Assembly: GCA_019057795.1 (NCBI GenBank)
Contig: JAHLWS010000049.1
Location: 90,696 to 154,695 of the forward strand
Reading direction: 5' to 3'
DNA: 64,000 nucleotides
Source: Promethearchaeota archaeon
GTDB lineage: Archaea; Asgardarchaeota; Lokiarchaeia; Sigyniarchaeales; SOKP01
Below are positions 18,978-29,884 of this stretch, piece by piece. Within the stretch, counting starts at the first letter, position 1; every line of letters starts with the position of its first letter. The notes under the pieces were generated by a model, which did no database searches, was not told the DNA's origin, and saw only the letters and a program-made list of their open reading frames with translations. A program made the position numbers and the translations under genes.

Positions 18978-21203
18978 ATGAATGTTATCGAAATAGTCGC
19001 TTTGTTCTTGCTTAACGCAATTCCAATTGTTATAATAGTGATACCATACTTTTTCATACGTAAAAAATTTGCTGGCAAAGTGTATTTTAGAGTAATGCTA
19101 GGAATCATGGTTTTCTATTTGATATATTGGGTACTTCCTATGATCTTTCAATTGGGAACAGCTCCAATCGAACTAGAATTACAACCTGGCGAGGAAGGCA
19201 ATCTAGGTTTGGGGATTGGTTATATAATAACTCATATCGGGTCTCTCATTGCTTTATTTGCTTATTACCCTCTCGTTACGCTACCGTTTATCTTTTTCGT
19301 GTCGCCATTTATTTCTTTTGTTTTTGTATGGAATCGACTAAGAAAAGATAAAGGCTCAAAAGAAGAAAAATTACAGGGATTGACGTATAACATTATCGAT
19401 AGTCCGTACAAACAAATTAGAAATGATTTATTTAAAAACGATTGGTCGAGAGAAAAAGATATTTTAAAGTTGCTTGTCGTACTTTTACCAATTTCGCTGT
19501 ATTTACTACAAGTTTTACTCAAAATTACAGGCTTGAAATCTGTGTCAATTACAACTGGAGAAACTGCTTTAGGTTGGTTCATAGAAATCTTATTTGTATA
19601 CCTTGCAGTATTTATATTTAGTTTAGAACTCCTTTTTAGCTCTAAAATTGCATTGCGAGGAAGATATTTCGGAGAGAATATCAGACAACAGACCTACAAA
19701 AGCTTATACACCGTTGGAGCGCCAATATCCATTTTATCTATTATTTTATTCATTGTTGAGGATATCAATTCTTTTGGAATAATCATATATTTTTTTGCTT
19801 ATTTCATCATGGCTTCATTTATCTTTATCTTGTTTCTTAAAATCTTCGAACCCATTTCTTTACTGATCTTCATCAAAATAATTGACTGGTGGAAAAATAG
19901 AAAGGAAAAAAGAAAGAAGATGAGCTTTACGAATTTGTACTACGGAATTGTATTTAGCTTCCTGGCGTATTTTGTATTTTTTGTCTTAAACTATCTTGTT
20001 TTTGGCTCTTTATATGCCCTTATCTTTCAAGATCCTACAAGCATAATTGACTCTGCTAATTTCGCAACAAGCGGGTCGGTCTATTTATACCAAAGTCTAG
20101 GATTTGACCTTATGAATCTTTTCAATTTCATAGCATTAGTCGCAGTTTCATTAGTTATTGCCTCAATCTTCTTAAACCTCAGCTTGAAATATATGAACAG
20201 CATGTTTCTGGGTTTTGTAACGTTTATACCTATTTTAATCGCTCTATCTGTGCTATTTATATTTCTAGGAGGTAATGGAATAATAAATTTCGCACCAGAT
20301 ATGTATTGGATAACGGGACAGTCAAGTTTTACAACTATTTTTGGCTTTAACTTCTACACTTTAAGAACTGCTGGATTTAATGCGGATTTAATTGGAATAT
20401 TATCTATACTCGCGATTCCTTACCAAACTACTCAATATATCTTCAATATTATTTTCTGGAGCCTAATAGTTTTTTACATGCAAAAAAGTTTTAGAGCAAA
20501 AAATATTAGTATTGACGAACGCCATTTAGAGAAAGTAATTTTCTCTACTATAACTGAATTCCTATCATACGACGAATATATGAAAGGGAAAGCGCGATAT
20601 TTAATTATAAAGAGAGAAGATGTTGATTTAGATATTTTGAGTGACGAACGAGAGGAAATAAAATCCATTTTGGCTTCTTTAGAGACTGGAAAAATTCTGG
20701 ATGAAATTAAACCTACAGATGAAAAAGAGATACAAAGATTTTACTTTACTCTTAAATACCTATATAACAACAACCTAATTGATGTATTAAAACAAGAATT
20801 TAGTTATATTTTTGAAAAAGTAGTAAAACAAGGACTATACATTATTTACGACGACGGCCGAGGTATTTTCGATTATAACTTCGCCGAAGAATACAATCAA
20901 GACCCAGGTATAGTTTCTGGTATGTTTTCGGCAATCACATCTTTTATTAAAGAAACCACCAAATCACAAGAACTACTAAAAACAATAGATCATGGCGACA
21001 TAACTATCCTTCTCGAATATGGTAAGCGAATATTTGGGGCGTTATTTATTAAGGGAAAGCAAGCTTCTGAAGTGCGGTCAAATCTAAGAGAATTCGTCAA
21101 TCAATTTGAAGCTAAGTACGCTGATGCTCTAGCAGACTGGAGCGGAGCCTTAATATATTTCAAAGACGATCACAAACTAGTCGAGAACATATTTAAAGAA
21201 TAG
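18978..21203 (+). CDS. Polytopic membrane protein with C-terminal longin-like domain
   Basis: Many TM segments, then GLYIIYDDGR..DPGIVSGMFSAITSFIKET..IDHGDITILLEYG. Confidence 0.65.
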   Translation: MNVIEIVALFLLNAIPIVIIVIPYFFIRKKFAGKVYFRVMLGIMVFYLIYWVLPMIFQLGTAPIELELQPGEEGNLGLGIGYIITHIGSLIALFAYYPLVTLPFIFFVSPFISFVFVWNRLRKDKGSKEEKLQGLTYNIIDSPYKQIRNDLFKNDWSREKDILKLLVVLLPISLYLLQVLLKITGLKSVSITTGETALGWFIEILFVYLAVFIFSLELLFSSKIALRGRYFGENIRQQTYKSLYTVGAPISILSIILFIVEDINSFGIIIYFFAYFIMASFIFILFLKIFEPISLLIFIKIIDWWKNRKEKRKKMSFTNLYYGIVFSFLAYFVFFVLNYLVFGSLYALIFQDPTSIIDSANFATSGSVYLYQSLGFDLMNLFNFIALVAVSLVIASIFLNLSLKYMNSMFLGFVTFIPILIALSVLFIFLGGNGIINFAPDMYWITGQSSFTTIFGFNFYTLRTAGFNADLIGILSILAIPYQTTQYIFNIIFWSLIVFYMQKSFRAKNISIDERHLEKVIFSTITEFLSYDEYMKGKARYLIIKREDVDLDILSDEREEIKSILASLETGKILDEIKPTDEKEIQRFYFTLKYLYNNNLIDVLKQEFSYIFEKVVKQGLYIIYDDGRGIFDYNFAEEYNQDPGIVSGMFSAITSFIKETTKSQELLKTIDHGDITILLEYGKRIFGALFIKGKQASEVRSNLREFVNQFEAKYADALADWSGALIYFKDDHKLVENIFKE

Positions 21204-21246
21204 TAAAATAAAATAAAAAATTAAATTTCAATTTTTTCTCATTTAT

Positions 21247-22056
21247 TTATTCCGGAATAGTAGCGACAGCCCTAACCCAACCAGCACTCGCTCTAGCTAT
21301 TTTAACTGGAAAACAATAAATTGTGGCTCCAACAGGAGGAACTTTATCTAAATTCATCATTTTTTCCATTTGAAAATAGCCTAATTCTATTCCCGCGAAA
21401 TGACCTTCCCAAATAATTGATGTATCAGGCTTTTTCTCTCTTATTGATTTTTTCCATTTTTTTGCAGTTAGAGTAAATGGAGCGTCCCAAGACCAAGCAT
21501 CGATTCCAACCACATGAACGCCTTGACGAATAATGTGTAGCGTTGCTTCCTTACCAACTCCAACGCCATGATTTATGTATTCTTTTGTACCATAGTGCTT
21601 GGGAGCATTCGTATGAACGCATAGAATATCACCTTCTTTTAAATTATGGTTTATATCTTCTAATTTTTTATCTATATTTTCGGGCATCATTATGTATCCT
21701 TCTTCGTAATCCGTACAATCTAAGACAATTAACGGGCCAATACCCCATTCTAATGGAAAATCGTCAATTGTCATAGCCTTTTTTTCCCCAATTTCTTTGT
21801 CTTGAACGGGAGCAAAATGCCAAGGAGCATCCATATGAGTCCCTGAATGCGTGCCCAATGTAATTGATTCTACAGCCCAACCCTTTCCAACAGGTAAGTG
21901 CTCTGGTTTTAATCTTGAAAAAAGAAACCCCATTTGCTCCACACCCGCATCATGGTCTGAATATACAATGCGGGGCTGTGTTAACGGCGGATCAAATAAC
22001 GCCTCTTCGGGATTAATTATTGGAATTGACAAGTCTATAAATTTCATTCTTAACAC
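21247..22056 (-). CDS. Cyclase/kynurenine formamidase family metal-dependent hydrolase
   Basis: HSGTHMDAPWH, VGIDAWSWD. Confidence 0.9.
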   Translation of the reverse strand: MLRMKFIDLSIPIINPEEALFDPPLTQPRIVYSDHDAGVEQMGFLFSRLKPEHLPVGKGWAVESITLGTHSGTHMDAPWHFAPVQDKEIGEKKAMTIDDFPLEWGIGPLIVLDCTDYEEGYIMMPENIDKKLEDINHNLKEGDILCVHTNAPKHYGTKEYINHGVGVGKEATLHIIRQGVHVVGIDAWSWDAPFTLTAKKWKKSIREKKPDTSIIWEGHFAGIELGYFQMEKMMNLDKVPPVGATIYCFPVKIARASAGWVRAVATIPE

Positions 22057-22207
22057 AATACATTTTTTAGCTTTTATTTTGATTTTATGATTTAAAATTA
22101 ATTAATTTAAAGTATTTTTAGAACTACTTTTAGTTAAAATTCTATACTATAATCTACAATCTATAAGTTTTAATAATAATAATAAAAAAAAGATTTCACT
22201 TGATTTC

Positions 22208-23095
22208 CTAATTATTTACTTTATTAGCGTTTTTAGCAATTGCATCTACAATTTGAGGCCAAGCTTCAGGCGGTAAACTATGTCCCATGCCCTTAATGAT
22301 TATCAATTCCGCTCCAGGGATATTTTCTGCTGTTTCTTTACCACCTTCAACTGGAACTAAAGGATCATCGCCTCCATGAATTACAAGTGTAGGAACTTTT
22401 ATTGATCCAAGTTTTGGTTTACGGTTTCCATTAGCTAATATTGCAACTAGTTGTCGCGCCATTCCTTGTGGATAAAATGAACGGTCATATGTGGCTGCTG
22501 CAAGTTCATGTGCTTTATCTTCATGATAGGGAAAGCCAGATCCATAAAGAATACGCCGACGTTTCACTGATTCCTCAATATAAGCTTCACGCTCTGTGGG
22601 CGCAGGTGCTAATAATACTTGCATAGCTTCTGGCTTAGGTTGAGGAAGATTTGGATTTCCTGTTGTACTCATTATTGAAGTTAGGCTCAGAACGCGGGTT
22701 GGATGGCGGAATGCAATTGTCTGAACTATCATTCCTCCCATCGATGCACCGCAAATATGAGCTTTCTCTATGTTAAGGGCATCTAAAAGACCAACTGCAT
22801 CATCAGACATATCTTCTATAGTATAAGGCGGTGATATCGTTTCTCCTCGCTGGAATGCCATAATTTCATTCATAATATTTGGTACACCAGCTTCTTCAAA
22901 TTTAGTAGATAAACCTACATCTCGATTATCGAATCTAATTACATAAAATCCCTTATCTACTAGCATCATACATAACTCCTCAAGATAAGCAATCATCTGA
23001 GCGCCTAACCCCATTACCAAAAGTAAAGGTTTTGATGATGGATCTCCAAATGTATCATACTCTATTTCAATATTGTTAGCTTTCGCTTTAGGCAT
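22208..23095 (-). CDS. Alpha/beta hydrolase
   Basis: RFDNRDVG, GASMGG, HGGDDPLV, GMGH. Confidence 0.92.
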   Translation of the reverse strand: MPKAKANNIEIEYDTFGDPSSKPLLLVMGLGAQMIAYLEELCMMLVDKGFYVIRFDNRDVGLSTKFEEAGVPNIMNEIMAFQRGETISPPYTIEDMSDDAVGLLDALNIEKAHICGASMGGMIVQTIAFRHPTRVLSLTSIMSTTGNPNLPQPKPEAMQVLLAPAPTEREAYIEESVKRRRILYGSGFPYHEDKAHELAAATYDRSFYPQGMARQLVAILANGNRKPKLGSIKVPTLVIHGGDDPLVPVEGGKETAENIPGAELIIIKGMGHSLPPEAWPQIVDAIAKNANKVNN

Positions 23096-23314
23096 TATTA
23101 AAAACTTAATTGTTTTATTTCTGTTTCTATTAAATTATTCTTAATAGATCCTTATTGCTTTTATAATTAACTACCCATTCTGTATAAAGGAACTAAGTAG
23201 CGATATGGTTTTCTGTTTAAGATACGGGAAAAATATAAATAAATAAAACTCAAAATCTTTAAAATTCTTTCTTTCGAATTCATTTTACAATCGCTTTAGT
23301 GAAGATATAATTTT

Positions 23315-23350
23315 AACTTTAAATGGGCAATCAACGGAATTGATATTGTT
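23315..23350 (+). repeat. Short copy of the dispersed direct repeat (3' part of the 29885 ORF)
   Basis: TTAAATGGGCAATCAACGGAATTGATAT (23319-23346) is identical to 25245-25272. Confidence 0.9.
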
Positions 23351-23406
23351 ACAAAGTTGTAAATGCCTCTGAAATTAAAGAAGACTAAACGAGGTTTAGT
23401 CTTTTT

Positions 23407-24270
23407 CTATTCAATATTTAACAATCTTTGAGCATTTAATCCCATAATTTTATCAATTTCATCCTTAGTTAGAAAATTAGCAGTTTTAAAATAATTTGCA
23501 GCAATTTCAATCATTTCTGGGATAAACCCATCCGATCCAAATAATATTTTATCCAATCCAATAAGTTCTTTAGCATATAGCAGAAAGTCCTTTAAACGAT
23601 TTGGCATCATATAGGTCATATTGCTAATATCTAAATATATATTGGGATATTGAACCGCTAAGGCAAGAGCATTATCAACCCAAGGATATCCCATATGCGC
23701 TATGATAATTTTAGCATCCGAAAATGAATTAATATACTCATCAATAACAATAGGATTAGAAAAAGTTAATACGCTTTTCTGAGTTCCAGGTGGAGGATAA
23801 CCCGTATGGAATAGGACAGGTAATTTATGTTCATGCGCCATTTCTAAAACAGGATATAAGATTTTGTCATTCAATTTCTTTTTCCTAAAAGATACCATTA
23901 TTTTAAATCCTTTATAATTGTCCTCTAAAATTGCCTTTTCTATAATGTCTTTTATACTTTTACTATCATCCAGCCTTTCCGGTGGATTGAAGAAAGGGAT
24001 TATGATATCAGGTGCGTTCCTTGCCCACTCCCTTACAACCACATTTTCCTTTTCACTTACTGGGAGCATAACTGCCTTATCTATTTTTACTCTTTCTAAA
24101 TGATATAATGTTTTCTCTATGATATCATCTGTGTTGATAGTATTAATCCCTTCCAGCATTTTAAGAACTCTTTTGTAGAACCCGTAGCCGCTAAACTTTT
24201 GATTATATAACTTAAATGCCTGAAATGCGTTAACATTAAGAAAAATATGACAGTGGAAATCTATCCTCAA
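23407..24270 (-). CDS. Amidohydrolase family 2 protein
   Basis: DFHCH, FHTG, AHMGYPW, LDIS, FGSD. Confidence 0.9.
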   Translation of the reverse strand: MRIDFHCHIFLNVNAFQAFKLYNQKFSGYGFYKRVLKMLEGINTINTDDIIEKTLYHLERVKIDKAVMLPVSEKENVVVREWARNAPDIIIPFFNPPERLDDSKSIKDIIEKAILEDNYKGFKIMVSFRKKKLNDKILYPVLEMAHEHKLPVLFHTGYPPPGTQKSVLTFSNPIVIDEYINSFSDAKIIIAHMGYPWVDNALALAVQYPNIYLDISNMTYMMPNRLKDFLLYAKELIGLDKILFGSDGFIPEMIEIAANYFKTANFLTKDEIDKIMGLNAQRLLNIE

Positions 24271-24627
24271 GTTAAATCAACTTTATTATACATTATTATA
24301 GAAATAATAACAATATAGATTTGAAAAATCTTAGCAATATTATCAATATTATATTTAACCGCTTAAAAAATAGTTATAGAAATAAAGGAAGGCATGTAGT
24401 AAACCCTACCATGATCTCCCCTCCAATCAGCATAATAGGCGGTAATTTGGATAAAATTGGATTTAGGGAAAGTAAGAATAATCCAAATCTATTTTACAAG
24501 CAGATAAATGATAGTGAATAAAAAAGAGTAATGTTTGCTGATTTAAGAGGTACTTATATTATATAGAAAAAATAGAATTAAAGAATAAAATGAATAAAAA
24601 GAAAAAATAAATTTAATTATTTTTGAT

Positions 24628-24954
24628 CTATAATTCAGGCATTTTAAGTCCTACAAGTGGTAATGCCTCTACTCCTGACAAGTAAAATTCCATTTCAATT
24701 TTATATCCCTCAATTTCAGAGTAAATGAGTATTTGCTTGTAAGCTAGATCCATGAATTCCTTTAATTTCCCTTCTTTTATTTCAGAAATCGTAAAGGATT
24801 TCATTCCTTCTGTTGTTGTTCTTACGCCTACGCGTACAATAACTTTTGATATACTTTTATCCGGAGGAAATTGTTTCAAGACTTCAAGATATTTTTTCCC
24901 TACTTCAGCGGCTTTACTTGTTGGAAACCAAGATGTAGATACAACCATAACCAT
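24628..24954 (-). CDS. Small hypothetical protein (DUF3303-like)
   Basis: SWFPTSKAAEVGKKYLE pattern; GGTGA SD precedes the ATG at 24954. Confidence 0.6.
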   Translation of the reverse strand: MVMVVSTSWFPTSKAAEVGKKYLEVLKQFPPDKSISKVIVRVGVRTTTEGMKSFTISEIKEGKLKEFMDLAYKQILIYSEIEGYKIEMEFYLSGVEALPLVGLKMPEL

Positions 24955-25241
24955 AATTCTCACCTTTGGGTAATTTTAATTTGATTGATAATTAGATTTT
25001 GTATTAATAATTAAACTTGATAATAATTTAAATCTTACTATTTTGTCAAATTATTCAGTTCAAAAAGAAGTAAAAAAGAATCTGAACCTCTAAAAAATTA
25101 TATAGCGCCTCTACATCCTTTACAGTTAGTTCAAAATGTACTAATCTTGGCATTCATTACACAATATAAATTGTTAAGTTATGGTTCTCCAGTTAATTTA
25201 AAAAACTTTTCATTATAAGTAATTTTAAAAAATTTTATAAC

Positions 25242-25330
25242 AACTTAAATGGGCAATCAACGGAATTGATATAGTCGGGTGTGGACTCTCTCAAAATATC
25301 AGTAAAAAATTAAAAGAAAAATAGAAAGAA
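25242..25330 (+). repeat. Long copy of the direct repeat; orphan 3' gene fragment encoding LKWAINGIDIVGCGLSQNISKKLKEK*
   Basis: 82/89 nt identical to 30027-30115; in-frame TAA at 25238-25240 just upstream. Confidence 0.92.
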
Positions 25331-25454
25331 AAACTAAACCATAGAAAAAATGCAGAATATTTATTAAAAAACTTTGAACCGAAGCGCTAACAGGACTTAA
25401 CATTGAGAGTTTTTTTCACGAGATCGCACACAATTTAATGTAATGAAAAATTGA

Positions 25455-26984
25455 TTATTTTCTCCCCAATTTTTTTGCTGATTCTGTGATCGCGATTCCT
25501 CCTAATGAAGTACAACGTAATTGAGAGGGTAACATCTTACCGCTCTCAAACGATGCTTGGATTGAATCATCAAGATTTATTGGATTATTATAACCACCTA
25601 TAATAAGATCAGCACAAATAAACGCATTTGACGCTGCCACTGCATTTCTAGTATGACAAGGGATTTCACAGAATCCCGCAACAAGATCGCATACAGATCC
25701 CATTGTGTTTTGCAATGCAATCGCTGCCGCTTCTGTGGCTGCTGTAGGACTACCATTAGCAGCTTCGATCACTGATGCCGCTGCCATTGCTCCAGCCATT
25801 CCTATCTCAACTTGACATCCCGCTATTTCAGCAGCAAAAGTTGAATTCATGCCGTTTATTAAACCAATCACTCCTGCTGCAAGTGCACATTTAATAATCT
25901 TATTCATATTAATATTACAATCGTAATGGAGTGTATAAAGAACAGAAGCAATAACACCACAAGAAGCGCCTGTAGGGGCCGCACAGATCAGCCCCCCTGA
26001 AGAAGCTGTATCCATAGCTGCCATAGCCCTATAAGCACTTCTTAAATTAATTCCAGAACTGAAAAGCAGATTCTCTTTTTTTTGGATATTACTTGCAGAA
26101 TGCTCCAATAATTTCATACGCGAATTTTTCTTTTCCAAACCCTTTTCAATAGAAGAAAACATTACTAAAATCCTTTTTTCCATTTCTTCTAAAATGGATT
26201 TTTCATCTACGTTCAATAAATCTGATTCGTACATAAGCCCAAGCTCTCCGAGAGAATACTTATTCTCAACTGCAAGCTTTAGCATCTCAAAGCTATTTTT
26301 AAACAACGGAGTCCCATGAATCGGAAAAAGTATAGGTTGAGTAGTCCAGATATTAGAAATATAATCTAGAGATTTTAATTTATTAACAAATTCATCTTTA
26401 AACTTATTTGGATTCTTTAGTTGAATAAAAGAATACCTCTCATCATCTTGGATATGTATTTTTTCTGGAGAATTAGAAAATGATTGAATTAAATTCAGTA
26501 GTTCTTCCTTGGAATTCGTAAGAAATTCGATTAATATATTATAATTACTTCCTTTAAGCTTAACTTTCCACCTATTAATCTTTTCTATCAGAATCATGCC
26601 TCCTCCTATGGATTTCGCTACTATTGTTAATTTCTTAGCAGGAATATTAATTGACATATAGTTTGGATGATCTGCTTCAGGAATATCTTTAGAATCGAAG
26701 ATACTTCTAATTCCTTCTTCACTGGCTACATTTTTAGAATTAAAAAAGTCAGGATCATCAACAGCTAAATTAAGTATCCCTGATAAGAACGCAACATCTC
26801 CATTTTGAGATTTATATGTCTTATCAAAAGAACCCTTTGAATCAAATGTAATATGAATTTCCTTTATTTCGTTCTCACATAATATACGGGTCAACCGACC
26901 AATACTATAGGAAGCAGCGGTATGAGAACTACTAGGCCCACGCAGAATTGGCCCTAATACATCGTTTAATATACTTATCTTCAT
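25455..26984 (-). CDS. Fe-S-dependent L-serine dehydratase, fused beta and alpha subunits
   Basis: GPSSSHTA, SIGGG, AAPTGASCG, GCQVEIG, CDLVAGFCEIPC, LRCTSLGG. Confidence 0.88.
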   Translation of the reverse strand: MKISILNDVLGPILRGPSSSHTAASYSIGRLTRILCENEIKEIHITFDSKGSFDKTYKSQNGDVAFLSGILNLAVDDPDFFNSKNVASEEGIRSIFDSKDIPEADHPNYMSINIPAKKLTIVAKSIGGGMILIEKINRWKVKLKGSNYNILIEFLTNSKEELLNLIQSFSNSPEKIHIQDDERYSFIQLKNPNKFKDEFVNKLKSLDYISNIWTTQPILFPIHGTPLFKNSFEMLKLAVENKYSLGELGLMYESDLLNVDEKSILEEMEKRILVMFSSIEKGLEKKNSRMKLLEHSASNIQKKENLLFSSGINLRSAYRAMAAMDTASSGGLICAAPTGASCGVIASVLYTLHYDCNINMNKIIKCALAAGVIGLINGMNSTFAAEIAGCQVEIGMAGAMAAASVIEAANGSPTAATEAAAIALQNTMGSVCDLVAGFCEIPCHTRNAVAASNAFICADLIIGGYNNPINLDDSIQASFESGKMLPSQLRCTSLGGIAITESAKKLGRK

Positions 26985-27333
26985 AAATCTTACTCCTTCC
27001 GTGTTTTATAAATAAATTGTGATCGTCTGAAAATCACAGATTAAAGAAAAAAATGGAACAACTAAAAAAAAGAGGTAGAACTTAAAAACGAATAGATTAT
27101 TAAAATTATAAAAATTTTTCAAACTGATCTTAACAGTTCTGAGGCCTTAAGAAACAACTTACAGAGTTTTATTGCAATTCACAGCCGCTTAACCAAAGAC
27201 ACATGGGGGTAAAATAATGTGAAGGATTCTCAAACGATTGCAGCAGGGCAGATAGATGAAATAGGAGGATACAACGACTTTAGCAGATTGACATCAATCG
27301 TGCTAGGGGGATATCGTGAATTGTATAGAACAA

Positions 27334-27960
27334 TCAGCGCCCAACCAGTTCCTTGATTTTTTTAACCCCTTCCACGGCATCAGATGCATAAGCGTCTGCG
27401 CCAATCTGTTCGGCAAAACGTTTAGAAACCGGTCCACCGCCAATTATCAGTTTGGTTTTCTCGCGCAATCCTTCTTCATCCATGGTTTTGATGACATCTC
27501 CCATCCCCAACATGGTGGTGGTCAGTAATGCGGACATGCCTAAGACATCAGGTTGATGTTCTTTAACTGCCTGCACAAAACTTTCGGTGTCGTTATCCCT
27601 CCCAATGTCGATGACTTCGAATCCGGCACTTTTCAGCAGAAAACCGACTAGGTTTTTACCAATATCATGCACGTCACCGGCAACTGTGCCTAAAAGTACC
27701 TTACCCGCCAGTCCTGTTGAGACATCTGCCAGATGCGGTTCCAGCACTTTCATACCTTTGGTAAAGGCCTCACCGGCCATTATCAAATCGCAGAGGAAGA
27801 ACTCCCCCTCCTCGAACCGTTCTCCACATCCTTTAAGCCCGGCGTTCATGGCGTTGAACACTTCGTGAGGATTATTGCCAGAATCTAGACTGGATTGAAC
27901 CAGTTCTGCAATATCGTATAAATTGCCATCGAGAATGGCTTCTGTAATTGAAGTATACAT
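27334..27960 (-). CDS. Methyltransferase corrinoid protein (MtbC/MttC-like)
   Basis: GDVHDIGKNLV B12-binding motif, SALLTTT, IGGG; start MYTS lies just after the upstream stop. Confidence 0.92.
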   Translation of the reverse strand: MYTSITEAILDGNLYDIAELVQSSLDSGNNPHEVFNAMNAGLKGCGERFEEGEFFLCDLIMAGEAFTKGMKVLEPHLADVSTGLAGKVLLGTVAGDVHDIGKNLVGFLLKSAGFEVIDIGRDNDTESFVQAVKEHQPDVLGMSALLTTTMLGMGDVIKTMDEEGLREKTKLIIGGGPVSKRFAEQIGADAYASDAVEGVKKIKELVGR

Positions 27961-27961
27961 C

Positions 27962-29158
27962 TTAGTATCTCCCATATTCTTGAACCATTTTAAATAGGTA
28001 GTTAATGTTCTCCAAATCCGTGCCTGGCGGTACAGCGCTAATCGCAATTAAAAGGGACGTTCGCATTTCTGTAGCCAATGTGCATACCCGCTTGACTAGG
28101 GCTTCGATTTCCTGTTTGGTGGCATCTCTCAGGAACTTGCCATGAATAATATACGCAAAATTCTTCTTGTACTCTTTGGCAAGCTCAAATGCCGGGTGGT
28201 CATACTCTGGCAAAGTAATACCTTCTGGTGTGGTCGGGAAAATATAGTTTGACCATAAAATCTGATGATTGATCCCAGCCGGTTCGGTCTCGAGGATTTT
28301 CCGCATTTCCATAGGAGAAGTGCAAGGAGCCACAATTGTTAGTTTCTTCTTGTGATGCAGCCAGACTCTTTCTATATAGGGCAACACATATTTGACATAA
28401 TCCTGGCGGCTCATAATCGGGCTGGCAGCATATTGATCCGTCAATGACGCACCGAGGAGTGACAATCCGTATTTGACTGCTAAGTCAAACATCCGGATCG
28501 CTGCCTGGGTGGTCAATTCCATAATTGCAGGGTAAATCTCTGGATCGCCGCGTTTTCTAATTTTCTCTTTCCGAATCGGATCGTCCGTTTCATAATAGTC
28601 CTTGTGAATACGCATATCTAGGGGGAGTTTGTCGTCTCCTCTCAGCAACATTGCCAGATCCCAAGGGCCATCTAGAGTTAGCGTTAGAAATAATTCGGGA
28701 TGGCGTCTTTGTATCTCCGAAATCGTATCAAAATACATTTTGAGATGACCCGTAGCTTCCTCTGGAATTTTAATCTTTTGTATGTCTTCTTTACTCTTAA
28801 TCGGATACCCAACTGGGTAAGGCACCCGTTCTTCGGAGATTTTGAATTCCGTACCCATTTCACACGCACCGACTATCATCACACCTTGCCATATCGGCAC
28901 CATAATCATATCGCAATCAAACCGTTCACAAACCAGGTCAGCCAATGCAACATTTGCTTCAGGGCTTTCTACTGTTAATTTCCAGTTATATTTCGGGTCC
29001 AACATGGATGGTTCGATATTTGTGGCCGCCAGCATTGTCGGTATTCGGTCTGGGAGACCGAATTGGGCTAGCATGAAGCGCTCCAGCCCGTTAAGCTTAC
29101 CGATATGTAATTTGCCCTTAATTAAGGCTTTCAGCATGGTCACTATTAGATTTGGCAT
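27962..29158 (-). CDS. Uroporphyrinogen decarboxylase-fold methyltransferase (MtaA/CmuA-like)
   Basis: PDRIP, GPWDLAMLLRG, VLPY, VPPGTDLENI; abuts the corrinoid protein gene. Confidence 0.75.
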   Translation of the reverse strand: MPNLIVTMLKALIKGKLHIGKLNGLERFMLAQFGLPDRIPTMLAATNIEPSMLDPKYNWKLTVESPEANVALADLVCERFDCDMIMVPIWQGVMIVGACEMGTEFKISEERVPYPVGYPIKSKEDIQKIKIPEEATGHLKMYFDTISEIQRRHPELFLTLTLDGPWDLAMLLRGDDKLPLDMRIHKDYYETDDPIRKEKIRKRGDPEIYPAIMELTTQAAIRMFDLAVKYGLSLLGASLTDQYAASPIMSRQDYVKYVLPYIERVWLHHKKKLTIVAPCTSPMEMRKILETEPAGINHQILWSNYIFPTTPEGITLPEYDHPAFELAKEYKKNFAYIIHGKFLRDATKQEIEALVKRVCTLATEMRTSLLIAISAVPPGTDLENINYLFKMVQEYGRY

Positions 29159-29344
29159 GAAACTACTCCTTTCAACGGAATTATATAATCACCCATTATA
29201 TTTAAATCTATTCAATATTATCAAGTTGAGCAAATAAAGTGGATTATACCCTTGCATACGGGAATGAATCTCTTATAGTAATATAAACAATATTTCAAAC
29301 TCCATTTCTTCCTGAGTTATAAGTTCAATCTCGTCAGATTATTT

Positions 29345-29572
29345 TTATATCTTTTTTAAAAGGGTATGATATTTTTCCAATTCGATATAACAATCACTTA
29401 CCTTTTTAAGAACCTCGACAGTTATGTTTTCATTATTTCTTTCCTTATAAAAATCATATGTTTGAAGATATGCTCTTATCGCTTTTTCGAACTTCCTTTC
29501 ATTAAATAATTTATCTCCTTTAAGTAATAACCTAACATAATTCTTTTCTACATTCGTTTCGAATTTCGCCAT
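29345..29572 (-). CDS. Small TPR-like helical protein
   Basis: KGDKLFNERKFEKAIRAY..VSDCY pattern; GGGAG-free but ATG start, 75 aa. Confidence 0.55.
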   Translation of the reverse strand: MAKFETNVEKNYVRLLLKGDKLFNERKFEKAIRAYLQTYDFYKERNNENITVEVLKKVSDCYIELEKYHTLLKKI

Positions 29573-29884
29573 GGGAGATTCTAAGGGATTATTTTATATT
29601 TAGACACAATGTTTTAATTTGAACTATATAATAAATACATTGTTAAAACTATAACTGAAATCTCATTCATAGAGGTAAACTTATAACAATTTTTTACAGT
29701 AAAAGGGGAAGAAAAGTTGTAAATCCTACTAAAAATCCTATAAAAATCCACGTAAAAAGGTTTCAATATCTTTTGAAACCTAATGATTTTAATTCTTTTA
29801 CTAAACCAAATTTCCAACTCCCTTTACTATCATATATGTACTTATAAAGATAGTAAAAACACAAAAATTTGGAGCTGAGATAAA

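Noticed and set aside
23319-23346. Xer/dif site or canonical integron attC
   Set aside because: No 11-6-11 inverted arms, and no convincing RYYYAAC/GTTRRRY hairpin of attC length
24321-24521. 66-aa plus-strand ORF
   Set aside because: No recognisable motif; could be a gene remnant on either strand
29614-29817. 67-aa minus-strand ORF
   Set aside because: Low-complexity AT-rich sequence with no support
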